Source: Deltaproteobacteria bacterium (GTDB lineage: Bacteria; Desulfobacterota; Desulfarculia; Adiutricales; Adiutricaceae). Taken from it: a stretch of 64,000 nt of DNA. Within the stretch, counting starts at the first letter, position 1. Each line of letters starts with the position of its first letter. This document shows, piece after piece, positions 19,191-30,574 of this stretch. The stretch is taken from positions 2,747-66,746 of the forward strand of contig JAISWF010000125.1 of NCBI GenBank assembly GCA_031271165.1. Reading direction: 5' to 3'. The position numbers were made by a program, and so were the translations under genes. The notes beneath the pieces are model-generated. The model was not told the origin of the DNA. It ran no database searches and saw only the letters and a program-made list of their open reading frames with translations.

Positions 19191-20186
19191 CTACTTGATC
19201 AGGCCGGCTTCTTTGAAGTACCTTTCAGCACCCGGATGGAAAGGGATGGAGTTGCCTTCCAACATGTTCTGAGGAGTCAGAGAGGCCAAAGCCGGGTGGA
19301 GTTTTTTAAATTCGTCAAGATTACTGAAAACCGATTTAGTGATCTGGTAGGCCACATCCTCAGGGAGAGCGGCACTGGTAATCAAAGTGGCCCGGGGACC
19401 AAAAGTAATGGTATCTTCGTCGGTGCCCTTGTACATCTTCCCGGGAATGATAGCCTGGGGATAAAATGGAAACTTATTGACAAATCCGTCGACTTTTGGC
19501 CCGACAATGGAGACCAAATGAGAATCACAGGTCGTGGAAGCCTCGGTAATTGACCCGTTAGGATGACCGATAACGTAAACGTAGGCGTCAATCTTGTTGT
19601 CGCACAAGGCCGAGGCCATTTCCGCCGGCTTGAGATCGGTGGCCAGCTTAAAAATGTCGGCGGTCCAGCCGTATTCTTTCATCAAAAGTTCCAAGGTGTT
19701 GCGATTGCCGGAGCCGGGGTCGCCGATATTCATGCGCTTTCCAGCTAAATCCTCGAAAGTATTAATGTTGGCGTCGCGGCGGACCACTAGGGTAAAGGCC
19801 TCGGACTGGAGGCTAAAAAGAACCCTCAAATCATTATTGGCCCCGACTTCAGTAAAGCTGTCAGTGCCGTTGTAGGCTTGATGCTGGACATCTGACTGGA
19901 CGATGCCCATGGAAAGATCGCCGACCCTGATGGCGTTGGCGTTGTAAACCGAAGCTCCGGTTGATTCAACCGTACAGCGGATGTTGTGCTCGCCGGCCCG
20001 GCGAGAAGCGTCAACCAAGCGACAGATTGCCCCGCCAGCTGGATAATAGACCCCGGTAATCCCTCCAGTCCCGATAGTGTAATACCGCTGCTCTCCCTGA
20101 GCCTCGGCCTGGATGGGAGCCATAAAAAACAAGGCCCCGACAATTACCGCTACCACAATACCCTTCCAACTCTTTGCGCCTGACAT
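19191..20186 (-). CDS. TRAP transporter solute-binding protein, TAXI family
   Basis: YYTIGTGGITGVYYPAGGAICRLV is the TAXI hallmark, and a signal peptide is present. I prefer the start MSGAKSWKG, preceded by AGGAG with a 7-nt spacer, over the track start at 20219. Confidence 0.85.
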   Translation of the reverse strand: MSGAKSWKGIVVAVIVGALFFMAPIQAEAQGEQRYYTIGTGGITGVYYPAGGAICRLVDASRRAGEHNIRCTVESTGASVYNANAIRVGDLSMGIVQSDVQHQAYNGTDSFTEVGANNDLRVLFSLQSEAFTLVVRRDANINTFEDLAGKRMNIGDPGSGNRNTLELLMKEYGWTADIFKLATDLKPAEMASALCDNKIDAYVYVIGHPNGSITEASTTCDSHLVSIVGPKVDGFVNKFPFYPQAIIPGKMYKGTDEDTITFGPRATLITSAALPEDVAYQITKSVFSNLDEFKKLHPALASLTPQNMLEGNSIPFHPGAERYFKEAGLIK

Positions 20187-20482
20187 GATAAATCTCCTGT
20201 CACTTTCAGCAAGTACCATAATTTAGTGACGACCCGCTGACAAGAATTTTTGAGAAAACTTGGACCACGATTTAGCCAATATTTTGAAATCCAGCCATGC
20301 CTCTACCGTTGCCGGGAAGTGAGTAAGTCCTTCGGCTCAATACCCACGGTCGGACCCAAAAAAACTTTTTTTTCCGAACGGCTTTGGTCGTTAGATAATA
20401 CCAAAGTTGGTCAATTGGATCCAGTCGGCCCTGCTTTCAAAAATACTATCGGCCCGTCCTTAATCTCCAGACCGCCTTAAGT

Positions 20483-20517
20483 CAAAAAAAAACCGCCAAA
20501 GGCGGCCCTTGGCGGTT
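20483..20517 (-). terminator. Rho-independent terminator of pstS
   Basis: Minus strand reads AACCGCCAA-gggccgcct-TTGGCGGTT followed by T9, about 70 nt after the pstS stop. Confidence 0.6.
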
Positions 20518-20588
20518 AGTTTAGTTGCCGGAGGAAAGAATCAGTCAGTCCAGCCTTTGGTTAGACTGCTCCCTCAATAAGGAAAGAC

Positions 20589-21590
20589 TTATTTAGCGTC
20601 TTTCCAGTAGCTCCTGATATCGTCTTTAAGAGAGGTCGGCAGGGGAACGTACTGAAGATTTTTGGCCTCCTGATCGCCCTTTACGAAACACCAGTCAAAA
20701 AACTTGGTCACCGACTCCACCGCCTGAGGCCGGTCTTTGCGGATCAAGATAAAAGTGGCCGCCGCAATGGGCCAGGAGTCGTCACCGGCTTCATTGACCA
20801 GCCAGATGTAATAATCAGCCTTACGATCCCACTTGGCGTTGGCCGCTGCCGCTGAAAAGCTGTCAACTGAAGGGCTGACGGTCTTACCATTTTTGTTGAT
20901 CAGAGAAGCCCAGACAATCTTATTTTCATGGGCATAGGCAAATTCGACATAACCAATACTGTTTTTGACCCTTTTAACGCCCCCGGCTACTCCGTCGTTG
21001 CCCTTTTGGCCAACGCCGACCGGCCAGTTGACGGATTTTCCGGCCCCGACGCTGTCTTTAAACTGCGGTGAAATCCCTGACAAATAATTGGTAAAGATAG
21101 CCGTCGTGCCGCTGCTGTCTGAGCGGTAAACCACGTTAATGCCTTCGGCTGGCAGCTTCCGGCCGGGATTGAGTGCGACGATGGCCGGGTCATCCCACTT
21201 GGTGATGATACCCCGAAAAATGTCGGCCAGCACCTGGCCGTTTAAGACCAATTCGTTGTTAGCGATGCCGTCTAGATTGATAATCGTCACTACCCCACCC
21301 AGCACCGCCGGGAACTGAATAAGGTTGGACTTTTGAAGATCGTCAGTCTTCAGCGGATCGTCTGAGGCACCAAAATCAACTGTTCCCTCAGTCACCTGTT
21401 TGATGCCTCCACCAGATCCGATCGACTGATAGTTGACCTTAAGACCGGTCTCTTTTTCGTACGAAAAAGCCCAAGTTGAATAGACCGGAAATGGAAAAGA
21501 GGCCCCCGCTCCGGTCAAGTCCTGGGCCAAAGCCGTCAAAGAGTACATCATAGCCGCCAGCACCAAGCCGGCCGTCAATAACTTTTTCAT
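20589..21590 (-). CDS. pstS: Phosphate ABC transporter periplasmic binding protein PstS
   Basis: Signal peptide, then the PstS motif TGAGASFPFPVYSTWA and SIGSGGGIKQV. Confidence 0.9.
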   Translation of the reverse strand: MKKLLTAGLVLAAMMYSLTALAQDLTGAGASFPFPVYSTWAFSYEKETGLKVNYQSIGSGGGIKQVTEGTVDFGASDDPLKTDDLQKSNLIQFPAVLGGVVTIINLDGIANNELVLNGQVLADIFRGIITKWDDPAIVALNPGRKLPAEGINVVYRSDSSGTTAIFTNYLSGISPQFKDSVGAGKSVNWPVGVGQKGNDGVAGGVKRVKNSIGYVEFAYAHENKIVWASLINKNGKTVSPSVDSFSAAAANAKWDRKADYYIWLVNEAGDDSWPIAAATFILIRKDRPQAVESVTKFFDWCFVKGDQEAKNLQYVPLPTSLKDDIRSYWKDAK

Positions 21591-21701
21591 CTAATTCTCC
21601 TTTTCTTCAGGCGTAAATAATGTTCACCCGATAGGCCCCAAGTTGCCTGACCGAGCTTGTATTCAGTGTATTAAGGAAAAATGATAAATTTATTTTAGAA
21701 A

Positions 21702-21718
21702 AGTAAATATAATGTAAA
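21702..21718 (-). promoter_or_regulatory. Candidate Pho box upstream of pstS
   Basis: Coding strand TTTACA-ttata-TTTACT: hexamer direct repeat with 11-bp phasing, 112-128 nt upstream of the pstS ATG. The same motif occurs upstream of pstC. Confidence 0.4.
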
Positions 21719-21939
21719 TTCAGCTCTTCGAGGGCAAAAAAAATCCGCCTTACCCTGGGACTTGGCCCCAGAAGTAATGAACTGGAATAATAAAACTGGA
21801 TTGTGGGAATTTAAGCCAGCTGTGCGGCGGAATGGAAAAATCAATTAGTCGGCTATTTAGGCTGGAGGTTGCCGTTCGTCCTTTGGCCGGCCAATAAAGC
21901 TATCGGGACTTCCGAATATTTAGGCCGGCCTCACTGGGT

Positions 21940-23586
21940 TTATCGCTGCAGGAGTCTGACAATAAAGGTATTGCCGCCATGCTCGTTTTCGGTCACCAAG
22001 GCCTGCCCCCCATAGAGTCTGGCGATGTGCTTGACAATTGATAGTCCCAGGCCGCTTCCAGAGCGTTCTCGGGTCCGGGACTGAGAAAGAGAATAAAAGC
22101 GTTCGAAAATTCTTTCCCTCTCGGCCAGCTCAATGACCGGACCGCCATCGGATACGCTTATTTCCAAAACATTATCTTTTTTTCTGACCCCGACCTCAAT
22201 CTCCGAGCCAGTGGAATATTTAACCGCATTAGTTAAAAGGTTGGTGACCACCGACAGGATATGGCTGGAATGGATCCGGACGACCCCTTGATCGCAATTC
22301 CAAGTGACCTTTTTATCCTTAAAATTCAGTAGCTCTTTGACGTCGGCCAGCACCTCATCTAAACTGGCTTCGGCCGGCTGGCCGCCTTCAAAATTTTCCA
22401 GGCGGTGCAGGGAAATCAGATCATCTAAAATTATATTAAGTCTCTTGCAGTTATTGAAAATAGAATTCAAAAACTTAAGCAAGATATCCTCAGGCATTTT
22501 GTTGTCTTTGACAATCAACTCACTGGTGGCCATGATCAAGGTTAAAGGCGTCTTAAGTTCGTGAGAGATATTGGCGATGAGGTCGGTTTTGAAACCGAGA
22601 TATTTCTCCCGGTCGCTGACGTCATGGAGCACTATCAGCCGGGCTGGACCGTCATGGTTGTAGCCGGCTCTGATTATGCGCCCGCCGAGCTGAAATTCAG
22701 TCTCCGGGTTATCAGAAGTCATTTTGCTTAAAACTGAAATCATGGCCGCCTGATTGATTTCCGAAAGCCGCTTGGGCAGCTTAAAATTTAAGATCCGGGC
22801 CGCCCGGTCGTTGTGATAGATAATCTCATCGTCTTGGATCAAAATTACTCCCTCTAAGATGTGCTCCAGGATGTAACCAAGCCGGGTGCTGAGCCGGGAG
22901 TTTTCCGAAGCGGCGTCTTTAAGTTCCCTGGTCGTGGTGCTGAGGGCATAAAGAGCGCCGTCTAAGGCCTCGGAGTTAAAAGTGGGGAGATCGATTTTAC
23001 CGTTTTTAGCCTCGTTAACCGCCTCAGTCAGCGCCCGGATTGTCTGCCCGGTCTGCCGGCTTATAAGCATGGCAAAGACGGCCACCACAATGACCAGAGC
23101 CACCAGCCCGGAAAAAGCCTGGGTGAGGAGTGATTTTTCCATGGCCTGAAAATAATCGACCGCGTAAGCCACCCGTAACACCATATCCGGGGCCACCATC
23201 CGGGCATAATATATAGAATGGACTCCAGTAGTCCGACTCTGCCGCACCACGGTCATGGGAAAGCCAAGAAAAGCGTTTCTGATTTCTTCGCGCTGACTGT
23301 GATCCTCCATGGCGTCGGTATCACCGCCGGTATCGAACAAAACCTGGCCGCCGCCGGCGATTAGAGTCACCCTCAAGCCCAAGGTCTGACTTATCCTTCT
23401 AAAATCCTCGGTATCTAAAGAAGAGCGCTGGATTTCGGAGACCAAAAGCCACTGATTTTTCAGCTGGTTTTCAAATTGAACCCGGCTTAGGGTTCGGTTT
23501 TTCTGCTCAATAACCGCTAGTCCAGCTATCAGCAGTAAGGCCGCCGGCAGAAAAATCATAATAAAAATTTTATTTTTGCTGGTCAT
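21940..23586 (-). CDS. phoR: Phosphate-sensing histidine kinase (PhoR-like)
   Basis: N-terminal TM, H-box SHELKTPLT, N/G boxes (LLTNAVKYS, GSGLGLSIVKHI). There is a 4-nt overlap with phoB, and the gene lies within the pst/phoU cluster. Confidence 0.8.
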   Translation of the reverse strand: MTSKNKIFIMIFLPAALLLIAGLAVIEQKNRTLSRVQFENQLKNQWLLVSEIQRSSLDTEDFRRISQTLGLRVTLIAGGGQVLFDTGGDTDAMEDHSQREEIRNAFLGFPMTVVRQSRTTGVHSIYYARMVAPDMVLRVAYAVDYFQAMEKSLLTQAFSGLVALVIVVAVFAMLISRQTGQTIRALTEAVNEAKNGKIDLPTFNSEALDGALYALSTTTRELKDAASENSRLSTRLGYILEHILEGVILIQDDEIIYHNDRAARILNFKLPKRLSEINQAAMISVLSKMTSDNPETEFQLGGRIIRAGYNHDGPARLIVLHDVSDREKYLGFKTDLIANISHELKTPLTLIMATSELIVKDNKMPEDILLKFLNSIFNNCKRLNIILDDLISLHRLENFEGGQPAEASLDEVLADVKELLNFKDKKVTWNCDQGVVRIHSSHILSVVTNLLTNAVKYSTGSEIEVGVRKKDNVLEISVSDGGPVIELAERERIFERFYSLSQSRTRERSGSGLGLSIVKHIARLYGGQALVTENEHGGNTFIVRLLQR

Positions 23587-24266
23587 TGGGGGTCGACCGG
23601 TTTAGGTTCCCACAGGTAACCTATCTTGGGAAGGGTCCGGATATGACGTCCTCTGTCGCCCAGCTTTTTGCGAAGCATCGCCATGTGAACGTCCACGGTC
23701 CGGCTGTTATATTCGTTTTCGTATCCCCAGACCATATTCAGGAGCTGGTTTCTGGTAAAGACTTTACCTGGTTTGCGGACAAAAAGTGCTAAAAGATCAA
23801 ACTCCTTTTGGGTTAGCTGGATTTCCCGATCCCCATCCAAAACCCGGTGAGCATCCAAGTCAATACTTATGCCCGCCCCCGAAATCAGGTTAGAGTCAAT
23901 CCGGTCGGTGGACCTTCTTAAAGCCACTTTGATTTTGGTTTCCAAAAGCTTGATAGTAAAGGGTTTGGGCAGGTAATCGTCGGCTCCCCGTTCCAAGGCC
24001 CTGATGATATCATCTTCTGAGTTGCGAGCTGAAATAATGATGATCGGAGTGGTCTGGTTTTTTTGACGGAAGATATCCAGAAACTGGATTCCCTGAAGGC
24101 CAGGGAGCATCAGATCCAGCAAAATCAAATCCGGCGGACAGTCCTCAATGGCTATCAGCGCATCGTTGGCGTTGTCAAGTGCGGTAACTTGGTAGCCCTC
24201 CCGCATCAGATTGTAGCCGATGACCTCCCTTAAGGCAGCCTCGTCCTCAATCATTAGTATCATCAT
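23583..24266 (-). CDS. phoB: OmpR-family response regulator (PhoB-like)
   Basis: Receiver domain (ILMIEDE, DLILLDLMLPG, K at LPKPF) plus a winged-helix output (RTVDVHMAMLRKKL). Confidence 0.85.
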   Translation of the reverse strand: MMILMIEDEAALREVIGYNLMREGYQVTALDNANDALIAIEDCPPDLILLDLMLPGLQGIQFLDIFRQKNQTTPIIIISARNSEDDIIRALERGADDYLPKPFTIKLLETKIKVALRRSTDRIDSNLISGAGISIDLDAHRVLDGDREIQLTQKEFDLLALFVRKPGKVFTRNQLLNMVWGYENEYNSRTVDVHMAMLRKKLGDRGRHIRTLPKIGYLWEPKPVDPQ

Positions 24267-24927
24267 TGATGTTACTCTCCGGTCGGTGGCGAAGCAGCTC
24301 GCCCCGGGTAATGTAAGGTATCATGATGGCAATATTTTTGGCATGATCGCCCACCCGCTCGACCCGCCTGATCAGGCTAAGGGCCGAGACCAGCTCTGGA
24401 GCGGAGTCGGGATCGCGGGCTAAATTTCCCACCAATTCGCTTTCAATGCTTCTTTGAAGGTCGCCCACCACCCGGTCGTCGGCGGAAATTTTTTGGTAGG
24501 CGATATCATCAACGGCAAACAGGGCGTCCACCGCCCTAGTGACCATGCTGGAAGCCAGCTCGGTCATTTGCCCCAGTTTGGGATGGGCCGCCCAGACCGG
24601 AGCCAAATGGCGCGACAGGATCTCACGGCCGATTACCGTGCTGTGGTCGGCTATCCGTTCCACATCAGTTACCAGACGAGTTATGGCCACGGCGTATCTG
24701 AGCTCAAAAGCCTTCGGAGCGTATTTGGCCAAAAATCTCAGACACATGTCCTCAATTTCCGTTTCCAGGGCATCAACTTCACTGTCGCGGCCAATAATCT
24801 CTCGGGCCAGGTTATGATCCTGACCTCTGAGGGCCTGGAGGGCCATCCGAAACATGTTAATCGAGTATTCACACATCGTGGCCACTTTGGCCCTGATGGA
24901 GTTAATTTCGGCCGTGATTGCCGGCAT
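24247..24927 (-). CDS. phoU: Phosphate signalling regulator PhoU
   Basis: Two PhoU repeats (ERIADHSTVIG and ERVGDHAKNIA). I prefer the start MPAITAEIN, preceded by GGAGG with a 5-nt spacer. Confidence 0.85.
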   Translation of the reverse strand: MPAITAEINSIRAKVATMCEYSINMFRMALQALRGQDHNLAREIIGRDSEVDALETEIEDMCLRFLAKYAPKAFELRYAVAITRLVTDVERIADHSTVIGREILSRHLAPVWAAHPKLGQMTELASSMVTRAVDALFAVDDIAYQKISADDRVVGDLQRSIESELVGNLARDPDSAPELVSALSLIRRVERVGDHAKNIAIMIPYITRGELLRHRPESNINDDTND

Positions 24928-24979
24928 TACTTCCTCCAAACAAAAAATCATCATTAAAAAATTGTATTTTCAAAATACC

Positions 24980-25753
24980 TCAACCGAATCTTCCCGTCAC
25001 GTATCTTTCAGTGATTTCATTGGCCGGCCTGGCAAAAATGGTTTCGGTCTCATCATATTCGACTAATTTTCCAATATACATCAAAGCCGTAAAATCCGAA
25101 ATTCTGGCCGCCTGCTGCATATTGTGGGTGACGGCCACAATGGTCACCTCTTTTTTGAGTTCTAACAACAAATCTTCAATTTTCTGGGTCGAGACTGGAT
25201 CCAGGGCGCTGGTGGACTCGTCTAAAAGTATCACCTCTGGGTCCACCGCTAAAGTCCTGGCAATGGAAAGCCTCTGCTGCTGGCCGCCGGAGAGCCCGGC
25301 CGCATTTTGCTTGAGCCGATCTTTGACCTCGTCCCAGAGAGCGGCTTGGCGGAGGGCCTTTTCGACTTTTTCGGCCAAAACACTGCTGTTGCCAATGTCG
25401 TTTAACCTCAGGCCATAAGCGACGTTGTCAAAGATGCTCATGGGAAAGGGCGTCGGTTTTTGAAAGACCATTCCGATCTTGCCTCTGAGTTTAATCAAAT
25501 CCATGGATTTATCCAAGATATTGACGCCGTCAAGGACAATCTCGCCCTCATAGTGATTTCGGGGATAAAGATCATGCATCCGATTAAAACACCTCAGCAG
25601 CGTGGTCTTCCCGCAGCCGGAAGGACCGATGAGGCTGGTAATGCGGTTTTTTTTAATCGGCATGGTCACCTCAGACAAGGCCTTATTGGTGCCATAAAAA
25701 AAACTCAGGTTATTGACGCTCATTAGTTCTACGCCAGAGTCGGTTGTCGTCAT
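24980..25753 (-). CDS. pstB: Phosphate ABC transporter ATP-binding protein PstB
   Basis: Walker [10 protein letters not shown], signature [13 protein letters not shown], Walker [12 protein letters not shown], and the PstB-type C-terminus YVTGRFG. Confidence 0.95.
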   Translation of the reverse strand: MTTTDSGVELMSVNNLSFFYGTNKALSEVTMPIKKNRITSLIGPSGCGKTTLLRCFNRMHDLYPRNHYEGEIVLDGVNILDKSMDLIKLRGKIGMVFQKPTPFPMSIFDNVAYGLRLNDIGNSSVLAEKVEKALRQAALWDEVKDRLKQNAAGLSGGQQQRLSIARTLAVDPEVILLDESTSALDPVSTQKIEDLLLELKKEVTIVAVTHNMQQAARISDFTALMYIGKLVEYDETETIFARPANEITERYVTGRFG

Positions 25754-25758
25754 ACGTC

Positions 25759-26604
25759 TCAGCCCCTGGTCCTTAATTTAATCAAGACTCGGCCAAGGAT
25801 ATTTAAAAAAAGTACCATTATCGTCACCATAAAAGCCGCCGCCCAAGCCAGAGATATCCAGCTCTCGTAAGGGGAGGCGGCGTATTGATAAATACTAACG
25901 GTCAGCGAAGGAACCGAGCCGCTCAGATTAAAGCGAAAAAAACTACTGTTAAAAGAAGTAAAAAGAAGCGGGGCGGTTTCGCCGGCCACTCGTGCGATGG
26001 CCAAAAGAATCCCGGTAAAAATCCCATTAATGGAGGCTCTCCAAACCACCGATGTGATGACCTTATGGTAAGGTGCTCCCAGGGCAAAGGCGGCCTCCCG
26101 GAGGGTCCAGGGTATCATGGTCATCATTTCCTCAGTAGTCCTGATGACGACCGGTAAAATTATGATGGCCAAAGCCGTCGCTCCAGCCCAGCCGTTAAAG
26201 CCGCCAAAAGGCTTAACCAACATGGCGTAAACAAAAGTGCCGATGACAATGGAGGGAATGGAGACGGCCATGTCACACAGCTGGCTTAACAACCGGCAGA
26301 ATTTGGAGTCCCGGCCGTATTCAGCCAAAAAAGTTCCCCCCAATACCCCCAGCGGGACTCCGGCCAACACGGCTGCGGTTGTTAAAAGGCCCTGCCCCAG
26401 AAAAGCGCTTCGAAGGCCCCCTGCTTCCGCCCGATTGGGTGGAGCTGGGTCCTGAGTAAAAAGCCCAAGACTAAATGATTCGAGCCCTTTGACCAGAACA
26501 TGGTAGAGAATTAAAAACAGCAGGGCCAGTCCTAAGGCCGCACAAAGAATCGATGCGCTCAGGGCTATCAGGTTGGTGATCTTTCTTTTTTCGATCCTTT
26601 TCAA
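25759..26604 (-). CDS. pstA: Phosphate ABC transporter permease PstA
   Basis: 6-TM BPD-type permease with an EAA-like loop ([10 protein letters not shown]). It lies between pstC and pstB. Confidence 0.9.
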   Translation of the reverse strand: MKRIEKRKITNLIALSASILCAALGLALLFLILYHVLVKGLESFSLGLFTQDPAPPNRAEAGGLRSAFLGQGLLTTAAVLAGVPLGVLGGTFLAEYGRDSKFCRLLSQLCDMAVSIPSIVIGTFVYAMLVKPFGGFNGWAGATALAIIILPVVIRTTEEMMTMIPWTLREAAFALGAPYHKVITSVVWRASINGIFTGILLAIARVAGETAPLLFTSFNSSFFRFNLSGSVPSLTVSIYQYAASPYESWISLAWAAAFMVTIMVLFLNILGRVLIKLRTRG

Positions 26605-27518
26605 CTCCGGCTCCCCAAAAGTTTTTTTGATAACGACAACACTAAAAAGTTGGCCATAAACAATATCAGGGCCAAGGCAAAGAGGACCGAGAGTTTAATC
26701 CCGCTGGCCTCGTTAAATTCGTTGGCCATAACCGAAGTGACGGTGACGTACGGCGAAAAGATGGAATCCAAGGCGGCATGGCGGTTTCCGATAACGTAGG
26801 CCACCGCCATGGTCTCTCCCAAAGCCCGGCCCATGGCAATGGTCGCCCCGCCTGTAACCGCCAGCCTGGTAAAAGGCATGACCACCTTCGACATTGTCTC
26901 CCAGCGGGTGGCCCCCAGGGCATAGGAAGACTCTTTCAGAATGGGGGGCACCTGATTGAAAGCTTCTCGGGATATGGAGGTCATAAAGGGCAGGATCATA
27001 ACCGCCAAGATCATGGACGTAGTAAAGAGACTGACTCCGCCGGTCAGGGGACCGACAAAAAAGCTCCCAATTAACGGTAAATTTCCCAAAGTCTTTTTAA
27101 TCAGCGGCTGAACGGACTCCTCTAAAAAGGGAGCCAAAACGAAAAGACCCCACATCCCGTATATGATACTGGGGATGGCCGATAAAAGTTCTAAAGCCGT
27201 CCCAATCGAGCCTTTTAGTTTTTCCGGACACAATTCCGTAAGAAAGATAGCCGTGCCAATGGCTACCGGAAAAGAGACGATCAAGGCCAGGGCGGTCGTC
27301 AGCAGAGTCCCGAAAATGGGCCGCCTGGCCCCGTAAATGTCTTGGGAGTAGTTCCATTCGGAGCTGGTTAAAAAGTTAAAAAACCCAAACTCTCTGAAGG
27401 CTGGCAGCGACTCTACCAGGAGCGTCACCAACATTCCAGCTACGATCAGCAAAATGCTGACCGAGGAGACGGCGCAGACGATTTTAAAAATGTTATTTTT
27501 TAGCCCAGCGGCTTTCAT
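26601..27518 (-). CDS. pstC: Phosphate ABC transporter permease PstC
   Basis: 6-TM BPD-type permease (KESSYALGATRWET). There is a 4-nt overlap with pstA, and it is the first gene of the operon. Confidence 0.9.
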   Translation of the reverse strand: MKAAGLKNNIFKIVCAVSSVSILLIVAGMLVTLLVESLPAFREFGFFNFLTSSEWNYSQDIYGARRPIFGTLLTTALALIVSFPVAIGTAIFLTELCPEKLKGSIGTALELLSAIPSIIYGMWGLFVLAPFLEESVQPLIKKTLGNLPLIGSFFVGPLTGGVSLFTTSMILAVMILPFMTSISREAFNQVPPILKESSYALGATRWETMSKVVMPFTRLAVTGGATIAMGRALGETMAVAYVIGNRHAALDSIFSPYVTVTSVMANEFNEASGIKLSVLFALALILFMANFLVLSLSKKLLGSRS

Positions 27519-27535
27519 GTTTCACCCTTGAAGTC

Positions 27536-27589
27536 ATAATACTCAGGGGCCGACAAAATATTGTCAGCCAAACGTAAATTATTTGTAAA
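27536..27589 (-). promoter_or_regulatory. Candidate PhoB-dependent pst promoter: four 11-bp-phased hexamers plus a -10 box
   Basis: Coding strand TTTACA-n5-TTTACG-n5-CTGACA-n5-TTGTCG (plus-strand hexamers at 27584, 27573, 27562 and 27551). After 9 nt comes TATTAT (27536..27541), about 18 nt before the pstC ATG. Confidence 0.45.
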
Positions 27590-27949
27590 ACAATCGCCGT
27601 TCCCCTTCTCCGAAATGGTAAAGTTTTTTTACCTCGGTAAAGCTTGTGGGCTTCCGGCCTAATTATTAATTTTCTAAAAATAATTACCTGAACAGCAACT
27701 AAAAATACTATTTCATTGTTAAAATTAATTTATTTTATTTATTATTGCAACCATGCCTTGGTACAGAACTAAATGGTTACTTTTAGCGAGTTACTATATA
27801 TTTCCAAACCCTTGAAACCTATCCCAATATCTGGTATCTTAAGGCAACCTTGCGGGTCCTGTGTCTCCAGATGTGGTGATGACAGTGCCCGCTTTACTGC
27901 ATCAATGATTTGAACCTCCCAGTCATCCCATGGAAGCACCATTAACAAT

Positions 27950-30378
<2,429 letters not shown>

Positions 30379-30574
30379 AGTTTTTAGGTTGGTCAAGTCC
30401 TGGACCATAGACCATAACTATTGGCCCCAATTTCTGGCGGTCTTAAGAGCCCGTTTGGCAAGCAGCCAAAGAAGGTTATGGCCCAGCCTAAGGCCAAAAC
30501 TTTTGCGACCAGATCTTAGACTGATTATCGTGGCGGACCAGTTTCTCCTCTTTTACCCGGCCAGGAGGCCATAA

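Noticed and set aside
30389-30574. A 61-aa ORF abutting the dnaE start.
   Set aside because: It has a TTG start, an Arg/Leu/Pro-rich low-complexity product and no SD. It occupies the guaB-dnaE spacer and is most likely non-coding.
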